Source: Thermotogota bacterium
GTDB taxonomy: Bacteria; Thermotogota; Thermotogae; B3-G13
Assembly (NCBI GenBank): GCA_015486095.1
Contig: WFSK01000146.1
Span: 1 to 32,682, forward strand
DNA length: 32,682 nucleotides
Direction of reading: 5' to 3'
Program-made: the position numbers and the translations under genes
In this document: positions 1 through 11,346 of the stretch, piece after piece
How the letters are laid out: every line of letters begins with the position of its first letter
How positions within the stretch are numbered: position 1 is the stretch's first letter
The notes under the pieces: generated by a model
Told to the model about the DNA's origin: nothing
Database searches by the model: none
The model's input: the letters and a program-made list of their open reading frames with translations, nothing else

Positions 1-1480
1 CATCTAGCTCTCTTGAATCGGGCTTATTTGCGATCTCGTAGGCCAAATTCATCAAATCATCAGTAGTTCTTCCCATGGCAGACACCACTACAACGACGTC
101 GTTACCCTTACGTTTGGTATCTACTATCTTCTTCGCCACATCTTTTATACGTTCCACAGTCCCGACAGAGGTTCCACCGAACTTCTGTACGATTATCGGT
201 TTCTTCCTCTCGAAGGCCGGAAATTCAAAGATGGGAATCATATTGTTCAGTTCTACAAACCAATCATATTTTCTCAACTTATTCAGAATATTCCTTACTC
301 TGGACTTAGTCGTAAAAGCAGTCTTTATCACCAAGGAGTTCAAATCTCTCGATATATTTTCCCGTTTTATGTCTTTAATGCTAATACCCTCGTCTTCGAA
401 GGCCATGTTAATACTCATACTATTTACGTCCTTAACGGTCAACCTGATATAATATGGAAAGGAAAATTCAGTTCCACTAACCCCGTCACAAGGATCGGGA
501 TTGTTCTTCAATACATATTCTTCATTGGCTATATTCATAATATCAGAAACAACTGCAGCAGCGGTAGGATATCTACCAGCTCCCTTACCAAGAAGTATAC
601 CCTTATTAGTATGTTGCCTTTCGATGACCACTGCATTATCTTCACTCTTGATGTTAGCTAAAAGTTCGCCTTTCCTGATTCCCATAGGACTGACGAAGAG
701 TCCTATTCGTTTCTTATCCTTTTTAACGTAAGAGATGAGCTTGATCTCGTATCCCAATGCCTGAAGCATCCTCACATCGGTCTTCGTGATATTCTCTATG
801 CCCTCTATCGAAAATTCGTTTAAGGAGGGCAGATATCCGAATGCTATCCAGGATATGATGGCGAGTTTATACGCTGCATCGATTCCGTTTATATCTTTTT
901 TAGGGATCGCCTCTGCATAACCTCTACTTTGCGCTATTTTAAGACTCTCTTCGAGATCGAGCCCTCTATCGGACATAAGGGATAAGATGAAATTCGTGGT
1001 ACCGTTGAATATCCCATAAATGGAAAGGATTTCATCTACAGAATGATATCGCTTTATATTGGAAAATACCGGGATACTGCCACACACGCTTGCACTGAAT
1101 TCCAATCTAACACCATTCTCTACAGCTATATCTCGAAGTGTTTCACCATACGAAGCGATCAGATCTTTATTTGCCGTTACGACATGCTTTCCCATCCTCA
1201 AAGCATTTTCTACGATCTCTTTAGCTGCATCTGTGCCACCAACGGTTTCGACGACCACATCCACCTCATCACAGCTCAGAAGGGCATCTAAGGAGGGAAA
1301 ACGAAGAGCAGGTTTTATCCCCAGAGAGGAATACTTTCCAGGGGAACGGTTGTAAACACCTGCCAGTCGAATCCCCTGTATAGGATGTTTCGTGAGTATC
1401 TTGTATACCCCACCGCCAACGGTTCCTAAACCTACTATCCCCACACCTATGGGATAAACGATTTTCCTATCTTTATCCAT
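1..1480 (-). CDS. hom: Bifunctional homoserine dehydrogenase (N-terminal) / aspartokinase (C-terminal); 3' end runs off the window
   Basis: Absent from the supplied ORF track because it is open-ended. Hand translation of the minus strand from ATG 1480-1478 gives [27 protein letters not shown] (NAD-binding GxGxxG), [38 protein letters not shown] and an ACT-like YYIRLTVKD segment. With no stop codon (frame checked codon by codon for 2-505) it continues into [57 protein letters not shown], a typical aspartokinase N-terminus, down to position 2. Confidence 0.85.
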   Translation of the reverse strand, partial: MDKDRKIVYPIGVGIVGLGTVGGGVYKILTKHPIQGIRLAGVYNRSPGKYSSLGIKPALRFPSLDALLSCDEVDVVVETVGGTDAAKEIVENALRMGKHVVTANKDLIASYGETLRDIAVENGVRLEFSASVCGSIPVFSNIKRYHSVDEILSIYGIFNGTTNFILSLMSDRGLDLEESLKIAQSRGYAEAIPKKDINGIDAAYKLAIISWIAFGYLPSLNEFSIEGIENITKTDVRMLQALGYEIKLISYVKKDKKRIGLFVSPMGIRKGELLANIKSEDNAVVIERQHTNKGILLGKGAGRYPTAAAVVSDIMNIANEEYVLKNNPDPCDGVSGTEFSFPYYIRLTVKDVNSMSINMAFEDEGISIKDIKRENISRDLNSLVIKTAFTTKSRVRNILNKLRKYDWFVELNNMIPIFEFPAFERKKPIIVQKFGGTSVGTVERIKDVAKKIVDTKRKGNDVVVVVSAMGRTTDDLMNLAYEIANKPDSRELD

Positions 1481-1588
1481 ATCATTATATTTCTACTTTA
1501 CTCGTACTCATCCTCGTTATGTTCATTCACCTTCGGCGAATCGGACAGGACATCGTAGGAACGGCTCCAAAGAGTTGTTCGAGGAAAC

Positions 1589-4500
1589 TCAAACATTGAT
1601 ACCTAGTTTCTTTTCGAGCGCATCGAGCCCTTCTCTATAACCTTTCAACTCTTTGATCAACTCATCTACCGTTAGTTTTTTCTTCTTCCCTGTTAATTCG
1701 TTGATAGACCAATCCTGGATATACTGATTCAGTATCTCTTTTTTATTCTCCAATTTCGCTTTCATTATGTTCGCAAGGGTACCATCTATTATCTCCCCCT
1801 GAACCTTAACGAATCTGTTGAATCTCTTTTCGAACTCATCTATCCTTTTCAGGATACCGCTTAGCGAATTTCTTCTCTTGAGAAGGGCTTTCAACTCATT
1901 CGGATCGTTGTTGTTCTTATTCATATCTATCTTCCTCATCTCCTCTTCGATCTGTGGCTTATCTTTTCTCAATTCCTTAAGATCATCAGCTGTCATAAGG
2001 GTTAGTTCATGGAGAACATAATATGCCTCGCTGTATTCATGTCTGTCTAAGAATCTCTGTCCTAAAGTGGCACCATTGCTCATCACATCTTCCAAGGTAT
2101 CATACTTTACATGCGTTACTTTTCCTACCCAGATTCTCTTCTTCGCAACCTCTAATACCTTCGGATAAAGTTCCGGATAAAATTCTCCTGCTCGGATTAA
2201 AAGTGCCATATACTCATTATATGTAGAATACCAATCTCTGTAATGTGTCCAGCCAGGCATGACGTATAGCGCATCATCATACCAGTGTACAAATCCCTCC
2301 TTCGATTCTTCTGCGTACTTCATATGCTCTTTCGATAATATCCTCAATTCATCCGCATATTTGGGATATTTGGAAACGAGGCGTGCATATACTTCGGAGG
2401 TAAACCTGTGATAACCTATAGTATTGTAAAAGAGTTTTCCAAGAATTCTATACGAATTCTTTTCGTTGAAGTAGAGGAAAGAAGTCTCGAAATAATCTAT
2501 CGCGTCCGTAAACATCTTGAGCTGATGTAGATCCGTGAGTCTGAAATCTCTTATCACCTGTATCGGAGAATCAGAGTTCTGAATTACCTTTGAGAGTAAC
2601 GATAGATCTTGAATGTACCTCTTATCCCTATACTTAGGACACATGAACCTGAAAAGATGATATTTATCCTTTCTATCATTAAAAGAATCCAGTATGTAGT
2701 TTATTATCTTCTCCTTATCTTTGCTTCTCAACACATCGTTCAAGCCAGCTATGAATTCCTTTTGTCTCATCTCATCTTCTGCTATTAAAGAAATGTAAAA
2801 ATAACTCTTTCCATAATTTCTATCGTAAGATATACTCTTAATAAATCTTTCCCGAGCACCAAAGAAATATCTATATGCCTTTTCATTGTACCTTTTAATA
2901 AGAGTATTTACTCTATTCAGTTGCGATTGCAGCTGGTTGCGTATATTTTCTTCTTCACGGTCTCTCTCTTTTGCAGCCTCTAACAATATATTGTCTTCCT
3001 GTGCCTTACTCAATGTAATTCCCATAGAAGCAGCCTTTTGTCTTGCCTGATTTAGTTTTTTCGATGCAAATACCTCCGGTTTTAATGCAGAAAACTGTCC
3101 CTTATATTCCTTTAAATCATTCAGCATATCCTTGATCTTCCTAGATTCTGAAGAAGCATCTCTGGCAGCCTTGGAATAAGCCTTTTTGTATTGATAATAT
3201 ATATTTCCCCATCTGAAATTTACCTCACTTGCAAAGCTCGTCCATTTGACATAATTCGCAGTTATCCCAAACGATACAAAGACAACGAAAACTCCTATAC
3301 CTATCTTTTTTATGGGGATGTTTTCAAAGGTGAATCTGAGGTCTTTGTTGTAGTAACCACCCAAAAGGAAAGATAAGATAAAGGTTGCGGCGAGGTTATT
3401 CGGTGTTAGATGCATTGGGAAGCTAACTGCACTGTGAAGTATCGTTGCCGTGACACCAGTAGCCAAGAGGATGAAGAAGAGCATGTCATCCTTATTCTTT
3501 ATTCCCTTTAAGATCGAAAAGTAATAGATCAGCAAAGCAAGCAGCACGAATATTATGGATATGAATCCAATGATCCCCGTTTCACCGAGGACTTGAATGT
3601 AGTCATTATGCGTCCTCTTGAAATTCTTCCAGGAATATATGTACTTTGGTTTATCTGCCTGTACCTTTCCCAAATAAGTTATCGTATGCACCTTGTACGT
3701 CCCTATACCCGTCCCCACTATCGGACTATCTTTGAATTGATAGATGGAGGACCACCATGCCAGTAATCTCTGAGAACCTGTACCCCCTTTGATCGTTCCA
3801 GTCAAGGTAGATGCTCGCTTTATCACGCTTACCTTTCCTTTGGTCAGCGGATTATCCGTGGAATATACGATTATCGTGATGATGGTAACGGCGATCAAGA
3901 CATACACCGCTATCCTGTTTATCTTCTTCAAGAGCGTATGACTTTGCCCCTCCTCCCTTCCTTTATGAGAAGAAAATTTATACCAATACCCAATGGATAT
4001 ACCGAAGAAGAGCCAGGAGAGCATAACCGATATATAGGTTGCCCTGGTTTCGCAGAGCATGATCGTGATTATCATAAGGGTATATGCCACAATAGCTGAA
4101 GATTTGATCAGAAGTACCGACCAAAAGCCCATATTACCACTTTTCTGTCTCTTAGAATTACCCTTAGGCTTGAAATAATTCAATATCTCTCTACCAAACA
4201 CCGTGGAGAAATAGACTGCTATGGGGGCGATTATTGCCATATAATCTGATACGAAATTCGGATTTCCTATAGTGGCTTTCATAAGGCTACGATTGTAAGG
4301 ACTTCCCAGTTTGCCAAGCCATATGTCCTTACCAGCGTAAAAGTTGTATAAGGCATCTATCGCTATAAAAGTTCCACTTGCCACGAGAGCAGCGGCTATT
4401 ATCGTCATCGTATTCTTCTTATTAACGGTATTTATCAGATAGAATGCTGTCAACCCAACGAATGTTATGTAAGTGGCTACTTCAAACGGTTCCCTCATGT

Positions 4501-4780
4501 AATACGGGTCCATCTTATACGCACCTATGAGTGAGAGATAAGTTGCTATACTGAATATAAACCACCCGATCAAAGGCAAAGGTAGGAGTATCTTTCTCTC
4601 CCCCTTTACACGATCGGTCATCATGAGGTAGCCGCGGTAGGCCATCAGTATAGCAAATAACAATGTACTTATAGCATACTTCTGAGTAGTAAATTCATAA
4701 GTAACACTTGGAATCGCGAGGGTAGGTACTATAAGAGCAATAAAAAACAACGTAACCTCTTCAAAAAAGGTTATCTCCAA
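1589..4780 (-). CDS. Polytopic membrane protein with an O-antigen ligase/polymerase-like (Wzy_C-type) core and a ~530-aa soluble helical-repeat/coiled-coil C-terminal domain
   Basis: 1063-aa ORF. The TTG start at 4780 overlaps the pilT stop (4771-4773) by 10 nt. There are many hydrophobic segments in roughly the first 515 residues. The loop motif KRTHNDYIQVLGETGIIGF (nt ~3560-3615) is characteristic of the O-antigen ligase family. The C-terminal half (nt ~1592-3240) is K/E/Y-rich and TPR-like or coiled-coil. Confidence 0.7.
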   Translation of the reverse strand: MEITFFEEVTLFFIALIVPTLAIPSVTYEFTTQKYAISTLLFAILMAYRGYLMMTDRVKGERKILLPLPLIGWFIFSIATYLSLIGAYKMDPYYMREPFEVATYITFVGLTAFYLINTVNKKNTMTIIAAALVASGTFIAIDALYNFYAGKDIWLGKLGSPYNRSLMKATIGNPNFVSDYMAIIAPIAVYFSTVFGREILNYFKPKGNSKRQKSGNMGFWSVLLIKSSAIVAYTLMIITIMLCETRATYISVMLSWLFFGISIGYWYKFSSHKGREEGQSHTLLKKINRIAVYVLIAVTIITIIVYSTDNPLTKGKVSVIKRASTLTGTIKGGTGSQRLLAWWSSIYQFKDSPIVGTGIGTYKVHTITYLGKVQADKPKYIYSWKNFKRTHNDYIQVLGETGIIGFISIIFVLLALLIYYFSILKGIKNKDDMLFFILLATGVTATILHSAVSFPMHLTPNNLAATFILSFLLGGYYNKDLRFTFENIPIKKIGIGVFVVFVSFGITANYVKWTSFASEVNFRWGNIYYQYKKAYSKAARDASSESRKIKDMLNDLKEYKGQFSALKPEVFASKKLNQARQKAASMGITLSKAQEDNILLEAAKERDREEENIRNQLQSQLNRVNTLIKRYNEKAYRYFFGARERFIKSISYDRNYGKSYFYISLIAEDEMRQKEFIAGLNDVLRSKDKEKIINYILDSFNDRKDKYHLFRFMCPKYRDKRYIQDLSLLSKVIQNSDSPIQVIRDFRLTDLHQLKMFTDAIDYFETSFLYFNEKNSYRILGKLFYNTIGYHRFTSEVYARLVSKYPKYADELRILSKEHMKYAEESKEGFVHWYDDALYVMPGWTHYRDWYSTYNEYMALLIRAGEFYPELYPKVLEVAKKRIWVGKVTHVKYDTLEDVMSNGATLGQRFLDRHEYSEAYYVLHELTLMTADDLKELRKDKPQIEEEMRKIDMNKNNNDPNELKALLKRRNSLSGILKRIDEFEKRFNRFVKVQGEIIDGTLANIMKAKLENKKEILNQYIQDWSINELTGKKKKLTVDELIKELKGYREGLDALEKKLGINV

Positions 4781-5865
4781 CGCCTTTCACTCCTTCCTTT
4801 TGCACTCACTGGGGATAGTCTGCCTCTTACATCTTCTACGTTCCTGGCATTTTCCAGTACTTGTTCTTGAGTTATCAAATCCTTATTATATGCCTTTAAT
4901 AAGGCATCGTCAAATGTTTGCATCTTGAATTTACCACCCGTTTGTATAAGCGAATCTATCTGATGAGGTTTATTTTCTCTTATGAGATTTTTTACGCCGC
5001 TCGTCCCGATCAATATCTCCTGAATAGGAACATAACCTCTACTATCTTTCCTTTTCAAGAGTCTTTGATATACGATCGCTTCGAGGGTATTGGCGAGTTG
5101 TAATCTTATTTGCTTCTGTTGATGTGGGGGAAAGACATCTACTATCCTTTCCACGGCAGAAGCGGCGGAATTCGTATGCAACGTGGATAAAACTAAATGT
5201 CCTGTTTCTGCCGCTCTCAAAGCATTTTGGATGGTTTCTAAATCCCTCATCTCGCCAACGAGAATAACATCGGGATCTTCTCTAAGGGCATATTTCAATC
5301 CATCTGCAAAGGATTTCGTCGTTAACCCCACTTCTCTTTGATTCACTATACTCTTTATATTCGGGTGTACATATTCTATCGGGTCCTCAAGGGTAAGGAT
5401 GTGAGCCTTGCGAGTCATGTTTATCTCATTTATCAAAGCAGCGAGTGTTGTGGATTTTCCACTTCCTGTAGGACCAGTTACCAATATCAAACCTATCTTC
5501 TTCTGTGCGAGGTCTATAAACACATCGGGCAGATTTAAATCCTTTATAGACCTTATCTTAAAAGGTATGATCCTGAATGCCCCTGCGATCCCTTTCATAT
5601 CCATATAGATGTTAACTCTAAAACGACAGAGAGAAGGTATTTCGATGGCTTTATCCAGTTCCCAGTTCTTTTCGAATCGCCTTCGCTCTTCCTCTTCAAG
5701 AATAGAATAAATGGCATCTCTTAGATCATCATCTCCAAATGCATCGTAGCCCTTTATAGGAAGTAAATCTCCATAAACGCGTGCCATTGGAGGTAGTCCA
5801 ACACATAGGTGAACATCGGATGCATTTAACTTTACTCCTTCCTTCAGTATCTCCATCAAATCCAT
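4771..5865 (-). CDS. pilT: Type IV pilus retraction ATPase PilT
   Basis: 364 aa. Walker A GPTGSGKSTT, Asp box/Walker B DPDVILVGEMRDLETI, His box GHLVLSTLHTNSA, and a PilT-type GVKNLIRENK motif. An AGGAAG SD lies upstream of the ATG at 5865. Confidence 0.9.
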   Translation of the reverse strand: MDLMEILKEGVKLNASDVHLCVGLPPMARVYGDLLPIKGYDAFGDDDLRDAIYSILEEEERRRFEKNWELDKAIEIPSLCRFRVNIYMDMKGIAGAFRIIPFKIRSIKDLNLPDVFIDLAQKKIGLILVTGPTGSGKSTTLAALINEINMTRKAHILTLEDPIEYVHPNIKSIVNQREVGLTTKSFADGLKYALREDPDVILVGEMRDLETIQNALRAAETGHLVLSTLHTNSAASAVERIVDVFPPHQQKQIRLQLANTLEAIVYQRLLKRKDSRGYVPIQEILIGTSGVKNLIRENKPHQIDSLIQTGGKFKMQTFDDALLKAYNKDLITQEQVLENARNVEDVRGRLSPVSAKGRSERRWR

Positions 5866-5943
5866 TCTTCTTCCTAATTACCCGAATCGTGTTGGTACTA
5901 CACGACTCAGTGCTGGGCTATTTATCCTGCGGGTTTTTAGAGG

Positions 5944-5979
5944 AGAGGAATACACCCAGCTCCCGCGATTTATTCCTCT
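5944..5979. other. 9-bp perfect inverted repeat AGAGGAATA / TATTCCTCT with an 18-nt loop, in the pilT-proximal part of the intergenic region
   Basis: Read directly: 5944-5952 pairs with 5971-5979. It overlaps two further complementary pairs, GCTGGG 5912-5917 / CCCAGC 5955-5960 and GCGGG 5929-5933 / CCCGC 5962-5966. Function unknown. Confidence 0.5.
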
Positions 5980-5987
5980 GCTATAAT
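5979..5987 (+). promoter_or_regulatory. Candidate extended -10 promoter element TGcTATAAT (rightward)
   Basis: tgctataat at 5979-5987 is an exact TGnTATAAT. I saw no convincing -35. It would start a transcript about 325 nt upstream of glyA. Confidence 0.3.
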
Positions 5988-6010
5988 ATTATCACGTCGT
6001 GTAAAAACAT

Positions 6011-6029
6011 AGGTTGTCCATAACAACCT
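6011..6029. other. Hairpin/inverted repeat AGGTTGT-ccata-ACAACCT
   Basis: 7-bp perfect stem (6011-6017 / 6023-6029) with a 5-nt loop, read directly. Confidence 0.5.
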
Positions 6030-6096
6030 TTCATCGATGGCATATGTTTATTTAAACCAATTATATCACCGATCACTTGGATCCGAATCCTGCGAA

Positions 6097-6148
6097 TTGC
6101 CTCATTAAGATACTGCGATCTTTGTCAAGTAGAAAATAAATGAGGCAA
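6097..6148. other. 10-bp perfect inverted repeat TTGCCTCATT / AATGAGGCAA enclosing a nested 5-bp hairpin AAGAT-actgcg-ATCTT
   Basis: Outer stem 6097-6106 / 6139-6148. Inner stem 6107-6111 / 6118-6122. No U-tract follows directly, so it is not a classic terminator. Confidence 0.5.
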
Positions 6149-6187
6149 CACGATAATTTTGGGTTATATAATAAGGAGGAAGGTAAG

Positions 6188-6250
6188 ATGTATTTTGAGG
6201 TAAAGTATATAGAAAAGTTTGGCATACCGATTTTTATCAACACATCTTGA
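6188..6250 (+). CDS. Candidate 20-codon small ORF (MYFEVKYIEKFGIPIFINTS)
   Basis: ATG at 6188 is preceded by AAGGAGGAAGG (6173-6183), with GGAGG 8 nt from the ATG. This is the strongest SD-like sequence I noted in the window. The TGA stop is at 6248-6250. It is below the size cutoff of the ORF track and I recognise no homology. Confidence 0.25.
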   Translation: MYFEVKYIEKFGIPIFINTS

Positions 6251-6281
6251 CATAGAGCCCAACGAACCATTGAATATGTTG

Positions 6282-6290
6282 TGATATAAT
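6282..6290 (+). promoter_or_regulatory. Candidate extended -10 promoter TGaTATAAT for glyA
   Basis: tgatataat at 6282-6290 lies about 32 nt upstream of the glyA ATG. An alternative or additional promoter is TTGACA (6247-6252), 17 nt, TTGAAT (6270-6275). Confidence 0.4.
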
Positions 6291-6321
6291 TGATCAAAAG
6301 CACTCGATAGGAGGTAGTACG

Positions 6322-8645
<2,324 letters not shown>

Positions 8646-8662
<17 letters not shown>

Positions 8663-10262
8663 GTGTAGTTTGGACATCACGAAGAATATCGATATGAAAG
8701 TAGAACGGCAAGATATCAAGACGCTCTCCGAGTGCAAAGTCGTAATGATGGGTATAACGAAGAGATTCCCTGGTGTCCTCGCAAACGATCACGTGAACTT
8801 ATACGTTAAGAGAGGGGAAATACATGCAATCGTTGGTGAAAATGGAGCTGGTAAAACGACTTTGATGAAGCAACTCTACGGTTTGATAAAACCCGATTCT
8901 GGTACTATATACATAGATGGTAAACAAATCGCTATAAACAGTCCAAGTGATGCAATATCCAATGGTATAGGGATGGTGCATCAACATTTCATGTTGGTAC
9001 CTCCTCTTACGGTAGCGGAGAATATAGTTTTGGGTATGGAACCCGTTAAAGGTATAATATTCGATTTGAATAAAGCGCGTGAAGATGTCGAAAAATTATC
9101 CAAGAAATATGCACTTCACGTGGATCCAGATGTAAAGATCGAAGACATATCGGTTGGCATGCAACAAAGAGTAGAGATCCTGAAAACTCTTTATCGTGGA
9201 GCAGATCTTCTCATTTTAGATGAACCTACGGCAGTTTTGACGCCTCAAGAAACGGAAGAGCTCTTCGAGGTGATGAAGAATCTCAAAGAGCAGGGTAAAA
9301 CTATAATATTTATAACTCACAAATTGAACGAGGTTATGGCGATAACAGATTACGTTACTGTGATGAGGCTGGGTAAAGTAACAGGGCGTGTGAAGACTAA
9401 AGATACCAATCCCAATGAATTGGCTCGGATGATGGTAGGAAGGGATGTTCTTCTCCGGGTAAACAAAAGACCTCCCCACTTCGGTAAGAAGATATTCGAG
9501 ATAAAAAACCTGTGGGTAAAAGATAATAGGCGCTTAGACGCAGTAAGAGGAATATCTTTGGAGATCCATGAAGGCGAGATATTGGGAATAGCAGGGGTCG
9601 CGGGGAATGGACAATCGGAATTAGTGGAAGCGATAACAGGCCTTAGAAGAGTAGAATTGGGGAAGATCATATTCGATGGTATGGATATAACCAATTGGTC
9701 GCCCAAACAGATCAGAAGAGCAGGTATAGCTCATGTAACGGAAGATAGATTGAAATATGGATTGATCGTGAAATATCCGATATCTTACAATTTCATATTG
9801 TCACGTTACGATGAAAGGCCGTTTTCTAACAACGGATTCCTGGATCTCAATGCTATAAATACGAAGGCAGATGAGCTGATAAGGGAATTCGATGTGAGGA
9901 CCCCAAGCAGAGATGTACTCGTTGGTGCTCTATCTGGTGGCAATCAACAAAAGGTTATAGTAGCGAGGGAGTTCCACTTCACACCGAAATTCGCTGTCAT
10001 AGCTCAACCTACACGTGGACTGGATATAGGAGCAATAGAATTCATACATAATAAGATATTGGAAATGCGAGATAAAGGGATAGGTATGTTACTCGTATCG
10101 ATGGAGTTGGAAGAGATATTTTCGTTAAGTGATAGAATAGCAGTGATGTATGAAGGCGAGATCATGGGTATAGTAAAACCCGAAGAAACGACTGTAGAAA
10201 CAGTTGGTTTAATGATGGCGGGAACGAGGCTCGATGGGGGACATAGAGCAAATGATTCGTGA
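8646..10262 (+). CDS. ABC transporter ATP-binding protein with tandem ATPase domains (CUT2 family, sugar/nucleoside type)
   Basis: Domain 1: Walker A GENGAGKTT, signature SVGMQQRVEI, Walker B LLILDEPTA. Domain 2: GVAGNGQSEL, LSGGNQQKV, MLLVSMELEE. The start is uncertain (ATG at 8646, 8694 or 8745) and none has a good SD. Confidence 0.9.
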
Positions 10263-11346
10263 TATTAAAAAAAAGATATTTAAGACCGCTGTAGAATTCT
10301 TTAAACGCGACACATTCGTAATACCTCTGGCTTCTATAATACTTTCCTTATTTATCGCTGCCTTGGTGATCCTTTCGATAGGTAAAAATCCCCTGGTTGC
10401 CTATACTGCTTTGATAAGGGGTTCTTTTGGAAACGTTCAGGCATTCATCACCACGATGATAAAATTAACGCCATTGATACTCACTGGATTATCGGTAGCC
10501 TTCGGTTTCAGAGCAGGTCTGTTCAACATAGGGGCGGAAGGACAATTGACTATGGGTGCCCTTGCAGCTGCTTTGTTCGGCGTCTATATCGTTGGTGTAC
10601 CTGCCATCGTCGCCATCCCTATAGCGATATTGGGAGGCATAGCGGCAGGAGGAGCATGGGGGGCAATAGCGGGATACCTGAAAGCAGAAACAGGTGCACA
10701 TGAGGTTATATCCACCATAATGTTGAATTACGTTGCATCTCTACTTGCCAATTTCATGGTTAATGGTCCATTTCAGGCGGTTGGAACAGGTATCCCAAAA
10801 TCCCCGGAAATAACCGACGCAGCTAAGTTGCCTATCATGATATCGGTCCAGGCATCTTCTCTGTCAATTGGGATCATAATATCTCTCATAGCCGCGATAA
10901 TAGTCTACATTGTGCTCCAGAGGACCACTGTGGGTTACGAGATAAAGGCTGTGGGGTTCAATCCTTACGCGGCAGAATATGGCGGGATAAGTATAGCGAA
11001 GAACGTTGTGCTCGCAATGTTCGTAAGCGGTGCCCTTGCAGGGCTTGCAGGTGCCGTAGAAGTTTTGGGATTACATCACAGATTTTTAGGTACGCTATCG
11101 GCTGGGAAGGGATTCGATGGGATTTCTATAGCCTTGATCGGGCAAAACAATCCGATAGGGGTTGTCTTCGCAGCTCTTTTGATAGCGGCTTTGAGGACAG
11201 GTTCCAATCAAATGCAATTCGCTGGTATTCCAAAGCACATAATCATAATCGTTCAGGGTCTGGTAATATTCTTCATAGCAACTGAACGTCTTGTTAAGAC
11301 GATGATCTTATGGAAGGAGAGGAAAGAAGAGGTGCTTCAAGAGTGA
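10234..11346 (+). CDS. ABC transporter permease (BPD_transp_2 type, CUT2 family)
   Basis: 370 aa, multi-TM, with an LFNIGAEGQLTMGA motif. Alternative ATG at 10252. Overlaps the ATPase gene end. Confidence 0.85.
   Translation: MGDIEQMIRDIKKKIFKTAVEFFKRDTFVIPLASIILSLFIAALVILSIGKNPLVAYTALIRGSFGNVQAFITTMIKLTPLILTGLSVAFGFRAGLFNIGAEGQLTMGALAAALFGVYIVGVPAIVAIPIAILGGIAAGGAWGAIAGYLKAETGAHEVISTIMLNYVASLLANFMVNGPFQAVGTGIPKSPEITDAAKLPIMISVQASSLSIGIIISLIAAIIVYIVLQRTTVGYEIKAVGFNPYAAEYGGISIAKNVVLAMFVSGALAGLAGAVEVLGLHHRFLGTLSAGKGFDGISIALIGQNNPIGVVFAALLIAALRTGSNQMQFAGIPKHIIIIVQGLVIFFIATERLVKTMILWKERKEEVLQE

Noticed and set aside
75-1355. Four plus-strand track ORFs at the left edge
   Set aside because: They are antisense to the open-ended homoserine dehydrogenase/aspartokinase frame, which has clear family motifs. 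The plus-strand translations are low-complexity.
6079-6090. GGATCCGAATCC resembling a tRNA T-arm (GGTTCGAATCC)
   Set aside because: No acceptor, D or anticodon stems can be drawn around it. It is an isolated resemblance.
5995-6321. Known riboswitch upstream of glyA (ZTP/pfl, THF, glycine). The same question applies to a lysine or SAM riboswitch upstream of the hom fusion at 1481-1588
   Set aside because: I could not find the conserved cores I remember (for example the CUGGCG / CCGCCUGGG elements of ZTP). The 108-nt hom leader is too short and lacks the lysine or SAM motifs. This needs an Infernal scan to be definitive.
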